Assembly (NCBI GenBank): GCA_963768655.1
Contig: CAVYIM010000007.1
Location: 83,965-147,964 of the forward strand
Reading direction: 5' to 3'
DNA length: 64,000 bases
Origin: an uncultured Chloroflexia bacterium
GTDB lineage: Bacteria > Chloroflexota > Limnocylindria > Limnocylindrales > CSP1-4
The position numbers were made by a program, and so were the translations under genes. This document shows, in pieces, positions 36,162 to 48,700 of the stretch (positions are counted from its first letter, which is position 1; each line of letters opens with the position of its first letter). The notes below the pieces were generated by a model. That model saw only the letters and a list, made by a program, of their open reading frames with translations, had not been told where the DNA came from and did no database searches.

Positions 36162-37421
36162 ATGCCCGGGCGAGTCCCTGGAAACGCAACCGACGCCGAG
36201 ATCGACACGCCGGGACACGCTTCCGTCGTCGACCTCGCGCCGGATGCGCGCGCCTGGGACGCGTTCGTCTCGCGCTCGAACCCCGGCTCGTACCTGCAGA
36301 CCTCGGCCTGGGCCGAGGTGAAGGCGCCGAACGGCTGGAAGCCGCTGCGCTTCATGGGCTCGAGCGTGGTGAGCCGTCCGGATGCCTGCCAGCCGCCGGC
36401 CGACCCTGACGCACCCGAGCATGAAGACGCGACCGCTGACGAGCAGCCGCGGCGCGAGACGGCGTTCGGCGTGCAGATGCTCCTTCGCCGGCCGCGGCTC
36501 TTTCCATGGGCCTTCGCCTACGCCCCTCGCGGGCCCGTTCTCGAGGCCTGGGATCCGGCGACGCTCGGAGCGTTCACCACGGGCCTGCGACGGGCTCTCG
36601 TTGCCGCTCCGCAGCGAGTCTCGCACGTTCGCATCGAGCCGGAGATCGAGCTCAACGGGCCATGGGACGTGGACGGCGAGCTGCGCCACGCGCTGCGCCA
36701 CTCCGGCTGGCGTCCCGGCACGCCGGTCCAGCCGCCCCGGACGCGCCAGATAGACCTGCGGTCGGACGAGGCGGCGCTGTGGGGCGACCTGCGCAAGAAG
36801 TGGCGCCAGTACGTCAACAAGGCGCGCAAGAACGAGATCCGGGTCGTCGACGCCGCGGTCGATCGCCTGCCGGAGTTCTACTCGATCTACCAGGAAACGG
36901 CCAGGCGGGCCGGCTTCATCATCCGAACTTACGACTCGTATCTGACGGTCTGGCAGGCCTTCGCCAGGCTCGGCATGGCCCGCCTGCTGATGGCCGAAAC
37001 CAGCGAAGGGCAAGGGCTGGCGACGCTCTTTCTGCTGCGCGTAGGCGATCGTGTCATCGAGCCGTACGGCGGGATGACAGCGCAAGGTGCCGAGAGCCGC
37101 GCGAACTACCTGCTCAAGTGGGAGGCGATCCGGACGTCGCGGGAGCGGGGTGCCGCTATCTATGACATGTGGGGCCTCTCGCACGAGGGGATCGAGCAGT
37201 TCAAGAGCGGTTTTGGCGGTCGGGAGATCCGCTACGTAGGAGCCTGGGACCTTGTCTTGGACCCCGCCGGAAGACTGGCCTTCGACAGCGCGCAGGTCTG
37301 GCAGGACCGCATCGGACGGCTCCGCCACGGCATCCGCCGCGTTCGAGGCGGCCGCAGGGAAGCGGCCGGCCTGGGAGGCGCCGACGAGGCCGGCGGCGCG
37401 GGCGCGGAGGGTGGGGCGTGA
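36162..37421 (+). CDS. FemAB-family aminoacyltransferase (peptidoglycan interpeptide-bridge formation, lipid II:amino acid transferase-like)
   Basis: ATG at 36162 lies 8 nt after ACGGAGG. Motifs seen are QTSAWAEVKAPNGWKP, AYAPRGPV, WRQYVNKARKNEIRV, GDRVIEPYGGMTAQGAESRANYLLKWEAI and YDMWGL...GIEQFKSGFGG. Confidence 0.7.
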   Translation: MPGRVPGNATDAEIDTPGHASVVDLAPDARAWDAFVSRSNPGSYLQTSAWAEVKAPNGWKPLRFMGSSVVSRPDACQPPADPDAPEHEDATADEQPRRETAFGVQMLLRRPRLFPWAFAYAPRGPVLEAWDPATLGAFTTGLRRALVAAPQRVSHVRIEPEIELNGPWDVDGELRHALRHSGWRPGTPVQPPRTRQIDLRSDEAALWGDLRKKWRQYVNKARKNEIRVVDAAVDRLPEFYSIYQETARRAGFIIRTYDSYLTVWQAFARLGMARLLMAETSEGQGLATLFLLRVGDRVIEPYGGMTAQGAESRANYLLKWEAIRTSRERGAAIYDMWGLSHEGIEQFKSGFGGREIRYVGAWDLVLDPAGRLAFDSAQVWQDRIGRLRHGIRRVRGGRREAAGLGGADEAGGAGAEGGA

Positions 37422-39094
37422 CGTCCGGCGCGGCCGCGGAGCGGACCCTGGCGGAGATGATCGAAGCGGCCGAGCCGAAGGCGGCTCGCCGGCTGGGCGA
37501 GCTGATAGAACGACTCGAGGGCGAGGGCAGGCTGCGAACCGTTCGCGCCGCTGAAGTGCCGTCGAATGAGGCCCCGGCGGTCCCCGTTGCGTCCGGCTCG
37601 CTGCCGATTCTGGGCGTCACCTTCGATTCCAGGCGGGTCAGGGCCGGCTGCGTGTTCGTGGCGGTTCCAGGCGAGCACGTCGACGGGCACGACTACGTGG
37701 CTGCCGCCGTTGCCCTCGGGGCCGCGGCCGTGGTCGTGGAGCGGCCCGTCGAAGGTCTGCCGGCGCCGCAGATCGTGGTCGATCGCAGCCGGGCCGCCCT
37801 GGCCGTCGCCGCCGCGTGGTGGTACGGCGACCCCAGCCGCGAGATGGGCGTGGTCGGCATTACCGGCACGGATGGCAAGACGACGACCTCGTTCCTGGCG
37901 TTGGCTGTGCTGGAGGCGGCTGGGATTTCCACCGGCCTGCTGACCACCGCCGAGCTGAAAGTCGGCGAGCTTCGGACGGCGAATCCGGAGCACGTGACGA
38001 CGCCGGAAGCGCCAGATCTCCAGCGCACGCTGAGGGCCATGGTCGATGCCGGGAATCGGGCCGCCGTCGTCGAAACCACGTCGCACGGGCTGGCCCTCGA
38101 TCGTGTCGGCGGAGTCGCCTACGACGTCGCCATCTTCACCAACCTGACCCACGAGCACCTCGAGCTGCACGGCACCTTCGAGGCGTACCGTGAAGCGAAG
38201 CTGAGCCTCTTCCGGCGGCTGGGTGCGGAGCATCCGGCGCGCAAGCGCCTCGCGCTCCCGTGGCCGGCGACGGCGATCGTCAACCACGACGACCCCTCCG
38301 CATCTCTCTTCGAGGCGACTGCGGCCCCGAGCGGAGCCGCGCTGGTCACGTACGGCTTCTCGCCCGAGGCGGACGTCCGGGCCGTCGTCGTCGAAGAAGA
38401 CGCCCGCCAGCTGAGAGTCAACGTCGAGACGCCGCGCTGGAGCGGCGAGGTCACCCTGGCGCTGGTGGGCCGCTTCAACGTCCACAACGCCCTGGCCGCG
38501 ATCGCTCTCGGCGAGGCGTTCGAGCTGGAGCCGGCCGCGATTCGGAGCGGCCTGGCCGGCGTTCGGGGAGTTCCTGGACGCATGGAGAGAGTGGACTGTG
38601 GACAGCCGTTCGGCGTTCTGGTCGACTACGCCCATTCGCCCGCCTCGCTGCAAACGGTCCTGGATCAGCTTGCGCCGTTGACGTCCGGCGGTGGCGGGCT
38701 TATCGCCGTCTTCGGGTCGGCCGGGGAGCGCGACGTCCAGAAGCGGCCGATGATGGGCCGTATCGCGGGCGAGCGCTGTCGCCTCGTTGTCGTCACCGAC
38801 GAGGATCCACGGGGCGAAGATCGAGAGGCGATTCTCGATGAGATCGCCGCGGGCGCGGAGGCCGCGGGCAAGCGTCGCGGCGACGACCTGCTCTGCATCG
38901 CGGACCGCCGCGACGCGATCGCCGCCGCCTTCGGGCGGGCCAGGCCGGGCGACGTCGTTCTGCTGGCCGGGAAGGGTCACGAGCAATCGATCATCATGAG
39001 CGACGGACCCCGAGCCTGGGATGAGCGAACCGAGGCGGTCGCGGCACTGAGGCTGATGGGGTTCCGCCGTCACGGGCGCGATGAAAGAGATTAG
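37418..39094 (+). CDS. murE: UDP-N-acetylmuramoyl-L-alanyl-D-glutamate--diamino acid ligase
   Basis: GTG overlaps the upstream stop (GTGA at 37418-37421). The Mur ligase P-loop is VGITGTDGKTTT. Other motifs are TSHGL, DYAHSP, FGSAGERD, and TDEDPRGED in the position of the DNPR specificity motif. Confidence 0.85.
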   Translation: MTSGAAAERTLAEMIEAAEPKAARRLGELIERLEGEGRLRTVRAAEVPSNEAPAVPVASGSLPILGVTFDSRRVRAGCVFVAVPGEHVDGHDYVAAAVALGAAAVVVERPVEGLPAPQIVVDRSRAALAVAAAWWYGDPSREMGVVGITGTDGKTTTSFLALAVLEAAGISTGLLTTAELKVGELRTANPEHVTTPEAPDLQRTLRAMVDAGNRAAVVETTSHGLALDRVGGVAYDVAIFTNLTHEHLELHGTFEAYREAKLSLFRRLGAEHPARKRLALPWPATAIVNHDDPSASLFEATAAPSGAALVTYGFSPEADVRAVVVEEDARQLRVNVETPRWSGEVTLALVGRFNVHNALAAIALGEAFELEPAAIRSGLAGVRGVPGRMERVDCGQPFGVLVDYAHSPASLQTVLDQLAPLTSGGGGLIAVFGSAGERDVQKRPMMGRIAGERCRLVVVTDEDPRGEDREAILDEIAAGAEAAGKRRGDDLLCIADRRDAIAAAFGRARPGDVVLLAGKGHEQSIIMSDGPRAWDERTEAVAALRLMGFRRHGRDERD

Positions 39095-39130
39095 CGGGGG
39101 CCCCAAGGCACCCACGGAGGCCGCGAGCAG

Positions 39131-39838
39131 ATGAGATCCTGCCTGATCCAGATCGTCATCACGGTCGTGGTCGTCTTCTGCCTTGTGTGGTTTGGCCTCC
39201 CACTCGGCGTCAGCGCGCTTGCCACAGCCGCCCTCAATGCAACCGGCTTCAGCGGCACCGGCACCAAGGTCGAGGTGTCGGCCAATCCTCCCTTCATGCT
39301 GCTCACCGGACATGCCGACACTATCCGGATTCGGTCCAGCGACGCACGGATGGGCGATCTCGATGCCGCCGGCGTCGACGTGACGCTCGGCTCTGTCGAT
39401 CTGCTCAGCCGCAACATCGGCACCGTCACGGGCACGATGAGTGGAGTCCGCGTCGCCGCTCCCAACGGCGATCCGGTCCCGATCGATCAAGTCACGCTGC
39501 AGGGATCGGCCATCGCGACCAATGCCACCGCCACCTTGACGATCGCGGAGGCCGAGGCCCTGGTCCAGTCGCAACTGAAAGCCCAGACGGGCATCGTTGC
39601 CACGGTTGTCCTCAAGAGCCCGAACCTCGTGACGGTCACGGCCGGAGGCAAGTCGCAGGCCGGCCGCCTGGTAACCAGCAACGGCGCCCTGCTACTCGTG
39701 CCCAACGGCAACACTCTGCCTACCGTCACGCTCATTGCCCCGGGCACCGCCAACCCGTTGCGCGTGACGTCCGTGAGCATCGGCTCGGCCAATCTGACTC
39801 TTGGCGGCACCATCGATATCCAAAATCTGCTCAGCTAG
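39131..39838 (+). CDS. membrane-anchored hypothetical protein, DUF2993/LmeA-like
   Basis: GGAGG lies upstream of the ATG. One N-terminal TM helix is present (IQIVITVVVVFCLVWFGL). The repetitive beta-rich body (VEVSANPPFMLLTGHADTIRIRSSDARMGDLDAAGVDVTLGSVDL) is reminiscent of DUF2993. This assignment is from memory only. Confidence 0.45.
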   Translation: MRSCLIQIVITVVVVFCLVWFGLPLGVSALATAALNATGFSGTGTKVEVSANPPFMLLTGHADTIRIRSSDARMGDLDAAGVDVTLGSVDLLSRNIGTVTGTMSGVRVAAPNGDPVPIDQVTLQGSAIATNATATLTIAEAEALVQSQLKAQTGIVATVVLKSPNLVTVTAGGKSQAGRLVTSNGALLLVPNGNTLPTVTLIAPGTANPLRVTSVSIGSANLTLGGTIDIQNLLS

Positions 39839-39876
39839 AACAGTCGGGGTTGAAGGTCTGGATCTTCGGATCTGGC

Positions 39877-39885
39877 TGGTAGACT
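39877..39885 (+). promoter_or_regulatory. candidate extended -10 box TGgTAGACT, 7 nt upstream of the relA/spoT ATG (leaderless arrangement)
   Basis: The sequence is gcTGgTAGACTcaagcaaATG, with no SD. Confidence 0.4.
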
Positions 39886-39892
39886 CAAGCAA

Positions 39893-42161
<2,269 letters not shown>

Positions 42162-42348
42162 GGGTTCTCCGCGGCCCGCCCGCACCGGGGCGATGACGCC
42201 GAGGCCCATGTCAGGTAAACTCCGCCGTCGGCCCTGTATGCAGGGTATGCTTTCTCATACTCGATCGCGGACAGGACCGTCGCGCCCCGGCGCCACCTCC
42301 CGGCCGGCCCAGTGGCCCCGCGCCGGAGCACAAGGAGTAGTCAGACCA

Positions 42349-42549
42349 ATGGGTGTTCCCAAGAGGAAAGTCTCGCACGCCCGACAGGGCGACCGCCGCG
42401 CGCACCTCGCGGTTTCCGTGCCTCACCTCGAACCGTGCCCGCACTGCCATCAGCCCAAGCAGGTCCATCACGCCTGCCCCAACTGCGGTTACTACGCCGG
42501 CCGGCCCACGGTCGAGATCAAGCAGGAAAAGCCGCAGCAGTCCGCCTGA
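42349..42549 (+). CDS. rpmF: 50S ribosomal protein L32
   Basis: AAGGAG lies upstream of the ATG at 42349. The protein starts MGVPKRKVSHARQGDRRAH and has a CPHC...CPNCG zinc ribbon. Confidence 0.9.
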   Translation: MGVPKRKVSHARQGDRRAHLAVSVPHLEPCPHCHQPKQVHHACPNCGYYAGRPTVEIKQEKPQQSA

Positions 42550-42553
42550 GCCG

Positions 42554-43600
42554 GTGGACCTGAGCACGGTTCGAACGGTCGACACAGGCGCCGTCCGCGT
42601 CGTCGTAGACGCCATGGGCGGCGACTACGCGCCCCTCGAGATCGTCAGCGGGACCCTGTCCTGGGCCCGCAAGCATCCGACCGACACGATCCTGCTGGTC
42701 GGCGTCCCGGAGGCAATCGAGCGGGCAGCCGGCGGACCGCTGCCCTCCAACGTCCAGCTAGTGGCGGCCGGCCAGGTCGTCGAGATGGACGAGTCGCCGG
42801 CGCTCGCCCTCAAGAACAAGAGAGACTCCTCGATCATGGTCGCCATGGACCTGATCAAGCAGGGCAAAGGGGACGCCCTGGTCACGGCCGGTCATTCGGG
42901 CGCCGGCATGGCCGCGGCGGTCCTGAGACTGGGCCGCCTGGCGGGTGTGGACCGGCCGGCCCTGGCAGTTCAGATGGTCACCGAGACCGGACCGTTCGTG
43001 CTGCTCGACATCGGGGCCAACGTCGACGCCACCGGCCACAACCTGTACCAGTACGCGCACATGGGCTCGATCTATGCCGAGCGGGTCCTTGGTGTGGCGA
43101 GTCCGCGCGTGGCCTTGCTTTCGATCGGCGAGGAAAGGGGCAAGGGCGACCAGGCGATCCAGCAGGCCACCCAGCTGCTGGACGAGGATGGCAGCCTGAA
43201 CTTCGTGGGCAACGTCGAGGGCCGGGACCTGGTCAAGCACAAGGCCGATGTGGTGGTCAGCGACGCCGTCGTGGGCAACGTCACCATGAAGTTCTTTGAG
43301 GGGCTCGCGACCTTCATCTTCGATTTGTGGCGACAAGAGTTCAAACGCGGTATCCGCGGACCGCTCGGCTACGTCTTCATGCGCTCTGGCGTACATCGCA
43401 TCCGCGATACCTTCGACTACGAGCGGCTGGGCGCCTCGCCGTTGCTGGGAGTCAAGGGCATGGTCCTGATCACGCACGGAAGCGCCAAGCGGCGCATGAT
43501 CGAATTCGCAGTGGAAGCGGGCGCGACTGCGGCCCGGGCCCGGATTCCCGAGCTCATCGCCGGCGCGTTCCGCGGCCAGGCCCGAAAGCCGCAGGCTTGA
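42554..43600 (+). CDS. plsX: phosphate acyltransferase PlsX
   Basis: Motifs seen are VVVDAMGGDYAP, ALVTAGHSGA, NVEGRD and GVKGMVLITHGSA. The GTG start at 42554 lies just after the rpmF stop. Confidence 0.9.
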   Translation: MDLSTVRTVDTGAVRVVVDAMGGDYAPLEIVSGTLSWARKHPTDTILLVGVPEAIERAAGGPLPSNVQLVAAGQVVEMDESPALALKNKRDSSIMVAMDLIKQGKGDALVTAGHSGAGMAAAVLRLGRLAGVDRPALAVQMVTETGPFVLLDIGANVDATGHNLYQYAHMGSIYAERVLGVASPRVALLSIGEERGKGDQAIQQATQLLDEDGSLNFVGNVEGRDLVKHKADVVVSDAVVGNVTMKFFEGLATFIFDLWRQEFKRGIRGPLGYVFMRSGVHRIRDTFDYERLGASPLLGVKGMVLITHGSAKRRMIEFAVEAGATAARARIPELIAGAFRGQARKPQA

Positions 43601-43611
43601 TCGGAGACGAC

Positions 43612-43986
43612 ATGGAAGGCCACGCTCACGACACTGCCGGCCCGAGTCCCGCGCCGGCTGCGCACAAGGCGCCGAGCGACCCGCTCACGGTCAGCCACGA
43701 AGTCATCGTCGAGATGGTTCGCGTCGCGGCGCTCGAAGTTCCAGGAGTGCTGAAGGTGAGCCGCGGCGGGCGCCTGGCCCGGCTGTCCGGCTCGCCTGTG
43801 CGGGCCCGTTTCGGCGAGGGACGCGTGTCTGTCCGCGTCTGGATCGTGGCCCGACCCGGTCATGCGCTCGCACCGCTGGCGGCCCAGGTGCGGCAGGCCG
43901 TCGGAGCGACGATCGAGCGCCTGCTCGGCCTCGAGCTGGGCGAAGTCACAGTGGTCGTCGACGGGGTCGGGGGCTGGGGCTCGTGA
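43612..43986 (+). CDS. Asp23/Gls24 family envelope-stress protein
   Basis: Motifs are VSHEVIVEMVRVAALEVPGVLKV and GEVTVVVDGV. GGAG lies 5 nt upstream of the ATG. Confidence 0.7.
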   Translation: MEGHAHDTAGPSPAPAAHKAPSDPLTVSHEVIVEMVRVAALEVPGVLKVSRGGRLARLSGSPVRARFGEGRVSVRVWIVARPGHALAPLAAQVRQAVGATIERLLGLELGEVTVVVDGVGGWGS

Positions 43987-44489
43987 CCCGCTCCGCGCGC
44001 GACGCGGGGCCCCGAAGCGGTGTCAGAGCGGGCAAGCGGGCGCCCGACAAGGTCACGGCAGCCCGGCTCGGGCGCCGGCTGGCCCTGGTTTCCCTGTTCG
44101 AGGCCGAGTTCGGGCAGCGGACCGCGGCCTCGATCCTGGAGCGTCATCTGGCCGAGGGCGGGTCCGACGAACCCACTGCGGAGTTCGCCCGGGTGCTCGT
44201 CGCGGGCGTCGTCGACAACCGCGATCGGATCGATGCGTTGATCGAGCAGGTCGCGCCGGCGTATCCGGTTGTCCAGCTGGCCCGAATGGACCGGACTCTG
44301 CTACGTAGCGGCATCGGCGAGGTGCTACACTCCGGCACGCCGCCCCGGGTGGCGATTGCCGAATGGGTCGAGCTGGCTCGCACGTACAGTGGCGAACCCG
44401 CCCGGCGTCTGGTCAACGGCGTACTCGGGACGATCACTCGCGACTCCGTCGCCGGTGCGCGCCACGCCCCGGAGTCGGAGCCGCAGTAA
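43983..44489 (+). CDS. nusB: transcription antitermination factor NusB
   Basis: The start overlaps the upstream stop (GTGA). Motifs are [34 protein letters not shown] and INEWVELA-like ([25 protein letters not shown]). Confidence 0.8.
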   Translation: MTRSARDAGPRSGVRAGKRAPDKVTAARLGRRLALVSLFEAEFGQRTAASILERHLAEGGSDEPTAEFARVLVAGVVDNRDRIDALIEQVAPAYPVVQLARMDRTLLRSGIGEVLHSGTPPRVAIAEWVELARTYSGEPARRLVNGVLGTITRDSVAGARHAPESEPQ

Positions 44490-44530
44490 CCGTCAACCGC
44501 AAGCCCAAAGGAACCCCGAGGAGGGCGTCA

Positions 44531-44767
44531 GTGGCCACTACCTACGAGCGACTCAAGAAGATCGTGGTCGAGCAGCTCGGCGTCGACGAGGACGAGGTCA
44601 AGCCGGAAGCTTCGTTCGTCGACGACCTGAACGCCGATTCGCTCGACCTCGTCGAGCTGATCATGAGCCTCGAGGAAGAGTTCGGAACCGAGATCTCCGA
44701 CGAAGACGCCGAAAAGATCCGGACCGTGCAGGACGCCGTCGACTACATCGACGAGCACGCGGCCTAG
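44531..44767 (+). CDS. acpP: acyl carrier protein
   Basis: GAGGAGGG lies 5 nt upstream of the GTG. The phosphopantetheine attachment motif is [21 protein letters not shown]. Confidence 0.9.
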   Translation: MATTYERLKKIVVEQLGVDEDEVKPEASFVDDLNADSLDLVELIMSLEEEFGTEISDEDAEKIRTVQDAVDYIDEHAA

Positions 44768-44782
44768 CCCGCCTCCCGACTG

Positions 44783-45763
44783 ATGCGACCCGCAGCCGCT
44801 CTCGCCGAGCGGCTGGGGCTCGCGGTCCGCGACCTCGAACTCCTGCAGCAGGCCCTGATACACAGCAGTTACCTGCACGAACATCGGGACCTGGCCGTCG
44901 GCCACAACGAGCGCCTCGAATTCCTCGGCGACTCGGTGGTCAGCCTGGCCATCTCGGACGCCCTCTATCGCCGCCACCCCGACGACGACGAGGGCGTTCT
45001 CTCGACCAGGCGCGCCTCGATCGTCAGCACGGCCGGGCTGGCGCGTCTGGCCGGGCGTCTGTCGCTCGGCGAGTACCTCCTACTTGGGGAGGGCGAGTCT
45101 CAGCGCGGTGGCAGGCGGCGGCCGGCTCTTCTCGCATCCGCTTTCGAGGCCGTCGTAGGCGCGCTGTACCTGGATCTGGGGTACGAGGCCGCCGCCGGAT
45201 TCGTGGTCGCCCTGGCCGATCCCGAGCTCGCCGCCCACCGGTCGCTTGGGTCTCTGAAGAGCCCCAAGAGCCGGCTACAGGAGTTCACCCAGCGTCTATC
45301 CGGCGAGCGGCCGCAATACCGCGTGGTCGATGCCGTCGGGCCGGACCACGACAAGGTCTTCCGCGTCGAGGTGGCTGTGGCCGGTCGCGTCATCGGAGTG
45401 GGGGAGGGGCATTCGCGCCGCCTGGCAGAGACGGCAGCCGCCGCCCGAGCGATCGAGGCCCTGCGCGAGACGCCGGGCGACCTTGCCGCCCAGACGCAAG
45501 GGGCGCCGGAACTGGTCGCCTTCGGGTCCGGCGAAGGTGAGGACGAGGACGAGGTCGATGAGTGGGAGACGTTCGGTCAGCCGGGCAATTCCGCGGCCGA
45601 GCCGTGGTTCGAGTTCGATCTCGAGCTCCCGGGCGAAGCTGGCGGCGGGACACCCGATGCCGGTTCGGAGGCGGGTCGAGGCGACAGTCAGGTCATGACG
45701 ATCCGGTACCGCCGGCTACGCCCGGGCGCTGACGACCGCCGCCGAGCGGGCCGGGCCCGATGA
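44783..45763 (+). CDS. rnc: ribonuclease III with acidic C-terminal extension
   Basis: The catalytic signature is NERLEFLGDSVV. The dsRBD reads KSRLQEFTQRLSGERPQYRVVDAVGPDHDKVFRVEV. A ~90-aa Glu/Asp-rich tail follows. The stop overlaps the smc ATG. Confidence 0.85.
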   Translation: MRPAAALAERLGLAVRDLELLQQALIHSSYLHEHRDLAVGHNERLEFLGDSVVSLAISDALYRRHPDDDEGVLSTRRASIVSTAGLARLAGRLSLGEYLLLGEGESQRGGRRRPALLASAFEAVVGALYLDLGYEAAAGFVVALADPELAAHRSLGSLKSPKSRLQEFTQRLSGERPQYRVVDAVGPDHDKVFRVEVAVAGRVIGVGEGHSRRLAETAAAARAIEALRETPGDLAAQTQGAPELVAFGSGEGEDEDEVDEWETFGQPGNSAAEPWFEFDLELPGEAGGGTPDAGSEAGRGDSQVMTIRYRRLRPGADDRRRAGRAR

Positions 45764-48700
45764 CGGCACCTGCCCGCCTGCTCGCGCTCCGCCTGCAGGG
45801 CTTCAAGTCCTTCGGGGAGCGGACTCTCGTCGAGTTCGGACCCGGGATAAGCGCGGTGGTGGGCCCCAACGGTTCGGGCAAGAGCAATCTCGCCGACGCG
45901 CTGCGCTGGGCCCTGGGCGAGCAGGGCAAGGCCCTGCGGCTGCGTAAGTCCGAGGACGTCATCTTCGCCGGTTCGGAGAGGCGCTCCGCCCTCGGCATGG
46001 CCGACGTCACTCTCGTCTTCGGCAACGGCGACCGCCTCCTTCCGATCGACTACGAAACGGTCGAGCTTGGACGGCGGCTCTTCCGCTCCGGTGAGAACGA
46101 CTACCTGCTGAACAAGCAACGCGTCCGCCTCACGGATCTGGTCGACCTGCTCGACGCTGCCCATCTGGCCGACAACGCCTTCCTGTTCATCGGCCAGGGC
46201 ATGGTCGACCAGGCCCTGGCCCTTCGACCCGAAGAGCGGCGGCCCCTCTTCGAGGAAGTCGCAGGCGTGCGTCGGCACGAGCGGCGCAAGACCAGGGCCG
46301 AGGACCAGCTGATCGAAGCGGAAGCGAATCTGGCTCGGGTCGAGGACGTCCTGGCCGAGCTGCGGCCCCAGGCCCGACGGCTGGCAGCCCAGGCCGAACA
46401 ACAGGCCTCACGCCAGACGGCCGGGCGCGAATACGGTCGGGCGATCATCGCTCTGGCGCGTTCGCGTTGGGTCGACGCAGCCGGGCGGTTGCGGGAGGCC
46501 GAGCGGCAGCTGGGCGCGGGCCGGAGCGATGCTGACGCTTCGCTGACGGCGTTGCGAGAGGCCGAGGCGCGGTCCGCCACCATCGCGCGCGATCTGGCAT
46601 CGCGGTCGGAGACGGAGGCCGAATGTCGAGCCGCGCACGAGGCGGCGCGGGGGCTGCTGACCGAGCTGCAGCTTCGCGATGCGAGGGCCGCGAGCGACGC
46701 GGCCGGCGCTCAGCGCGACCGTGCCCGGCTCGATGCCGAGCTGGCTGAGGCGGAGGCCGATCTCGCCGTCCAGCGACGCGAGATGGGGGCTCCGGTGCCG
46801 ACCCGCGACCTGGCCCTGTCGGGCTCGGTGGCGGAGGCGGAGCGGGCACTCGGCGAGGCTCTCGAAGAGCTGGGCGCCATGAGGGCGGCAAGACTGGCCG
46901 AGGGCGAGGCCCTCGCGGCGCTGAAGCGCGTGGAGGCGGCGCGGGCCGTTGAGCTCGAGACCGTGCGCCGGCGGCTGGGCGAGGCGTCTCGAGCAGCGGC
47001 GGACGAGCGAGCCGCGGCCGATGAGGCGGCCAGCCGGCTGTCGGATGCCGAGGCCGCGTGCGCGGCCCCACGGGCAGCGGCGGCGGCCGCGGCGGACGCG
47101 GAGAAGGTCGCCGTGGCCGCGCGTGAGAGGGCGCGGGCGGAACTCGATGCCCTGGAGGGCGCGCGTCAGGCCGCGGCCGAACGCGCCGGCTCGACTGCGA
47201 GCAAGGCGGCGAGCCTGCGGGGACGCTGTGAGGCGGTGCAGACCCGGCTGGCCGAAGAGGAGGCGCGCGGCATCGCAAAGGCCGCGAAGCGCCTTGGCGG
47301 GAGGCCGCTGGCTGAGGGTCTGGAGGTCGAGGCCGGATTCCGGGTTGCCGTGGAGGCGGCCCTGGGCGAGGCGATGCGCGGCTACGTCATGGGTCGCGCA
47401 GGCGTGATGGGCCTCGACGGACAGCGCGGGACCCTGGTCCTCGAGGGCACCGAGGCGGGCGGTGCTGGGGGCGGCGCTCCTACAGGCGCCGCTGCCGGCG
47501 CTGCTGCGGGCGCGGGCCGCGCCGCCGCCAGGGCGGCTGAACGAGCGGCGGGGCGCATCGCCGAAGCGGGCGAGGCGGCGATTGCCGCAGCCGAGGGCCA
47601 CGGCGGCGGCAAGCTCGTCGACGCGGTCCGCGTGGATCCCAACGGGGCGGCGACGCGGCTGCTGGCACAGGCGGTGTGGCTACCGGACCTGAACGCGGTG
47701 CTGGCCGTGCAACCGAGCCTGGCCGCGGGCTGGATCGCCGTGACGCGAGACGGCGCCGTGGCGACGGCAACGGGCGTCGTGACGCTCGGCCGCTCCGAGT
47801 CGCTGCTGGATCGGCGGGCTGAGCTGGAGCGGCTGGGCGAGGAAGTCGCGCGCCTCGAGGTCGACGCTCGGACGGCGGCGGCAGAGGCAGCCACCGCCAC
47901 GCTGAGCGCCGCCGCCGCTCGCAGCGCTCTGGATTCCGCGCGCGAGGCGGAACGCGGGGCCGGACTTGCCCGACGAGAGGCCGAGGACGCGGAGCGGCGC
48001 GCGACGCGCGTCCTGGAGAATGTTGCCCGAGAAGCGGCCTGGCGAGCGGCCCAGGCGGCGCACGCGGAGGCCGAGCGGGACCGCCTGGCGGCCGCGGTCC
48101 GCGAGGCGGAAGCCGCCGCCACTCCTGGCGGCGCGGCCGGTCCCACGGCGGTTGCGGCCGCGGGCGCCGCCACTCCCCCCGGCGCCGCCACCAAGCCCGG
48201 CATTCCCGCCGAATCCCAGCAGGTCGGCGCCCTGCGCGAGTGGGAGGCTCGCGCCGCGTCGCTGCGTGCCCGTCGCGACCAGCTTGCCGCCGAAGAGGCC
48301 ATGCTCGAGGTCGTTCGCCGCGAAGCCGAGGGCCGCCGCGCCCGCGCCGCCGCGGCCGCCGAGTTCGACCAGACCCGCATCATCGCGCTGGAACGCCAGG
48401 CCGCCGAGCTCGCCGTGCGCGAGCGCGCCATCGCCACGGAACGCGCGGGGCTGGGCGAGGGCCTGGCCGCAGCCGGCCGACGCGAGGCCTCCCTGCGCGC
48501 CGAGCTGGACGAGATTCGCAGCGCCGAGGCTGCGGCACGCGCCCGGCTGGCTGAAGCCGAGAACGCCGCCGCGCACGCGCGCGAGCGCCTTCGCGCTTGC
48601 CAGGAGCGGGTCCGCAACGCCGAGGTGGCCGAGCTCGAAGCGCGCCTCGGCCTCGATGCCATCCGAGAGCAGGTGTGCGTCGAGCTGGCCGGTCTGGGCG

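Noticed and set aside
34976-36162. A dif-like XerC/D recombination site near xerC
   Set aside because: No AT-rich ~28-bp imperfect palindrome is visible in or around xerC. The only conspicuous AT-rich patches are at 17270-17295 (the tetR upstream region) and around 2160-2200.
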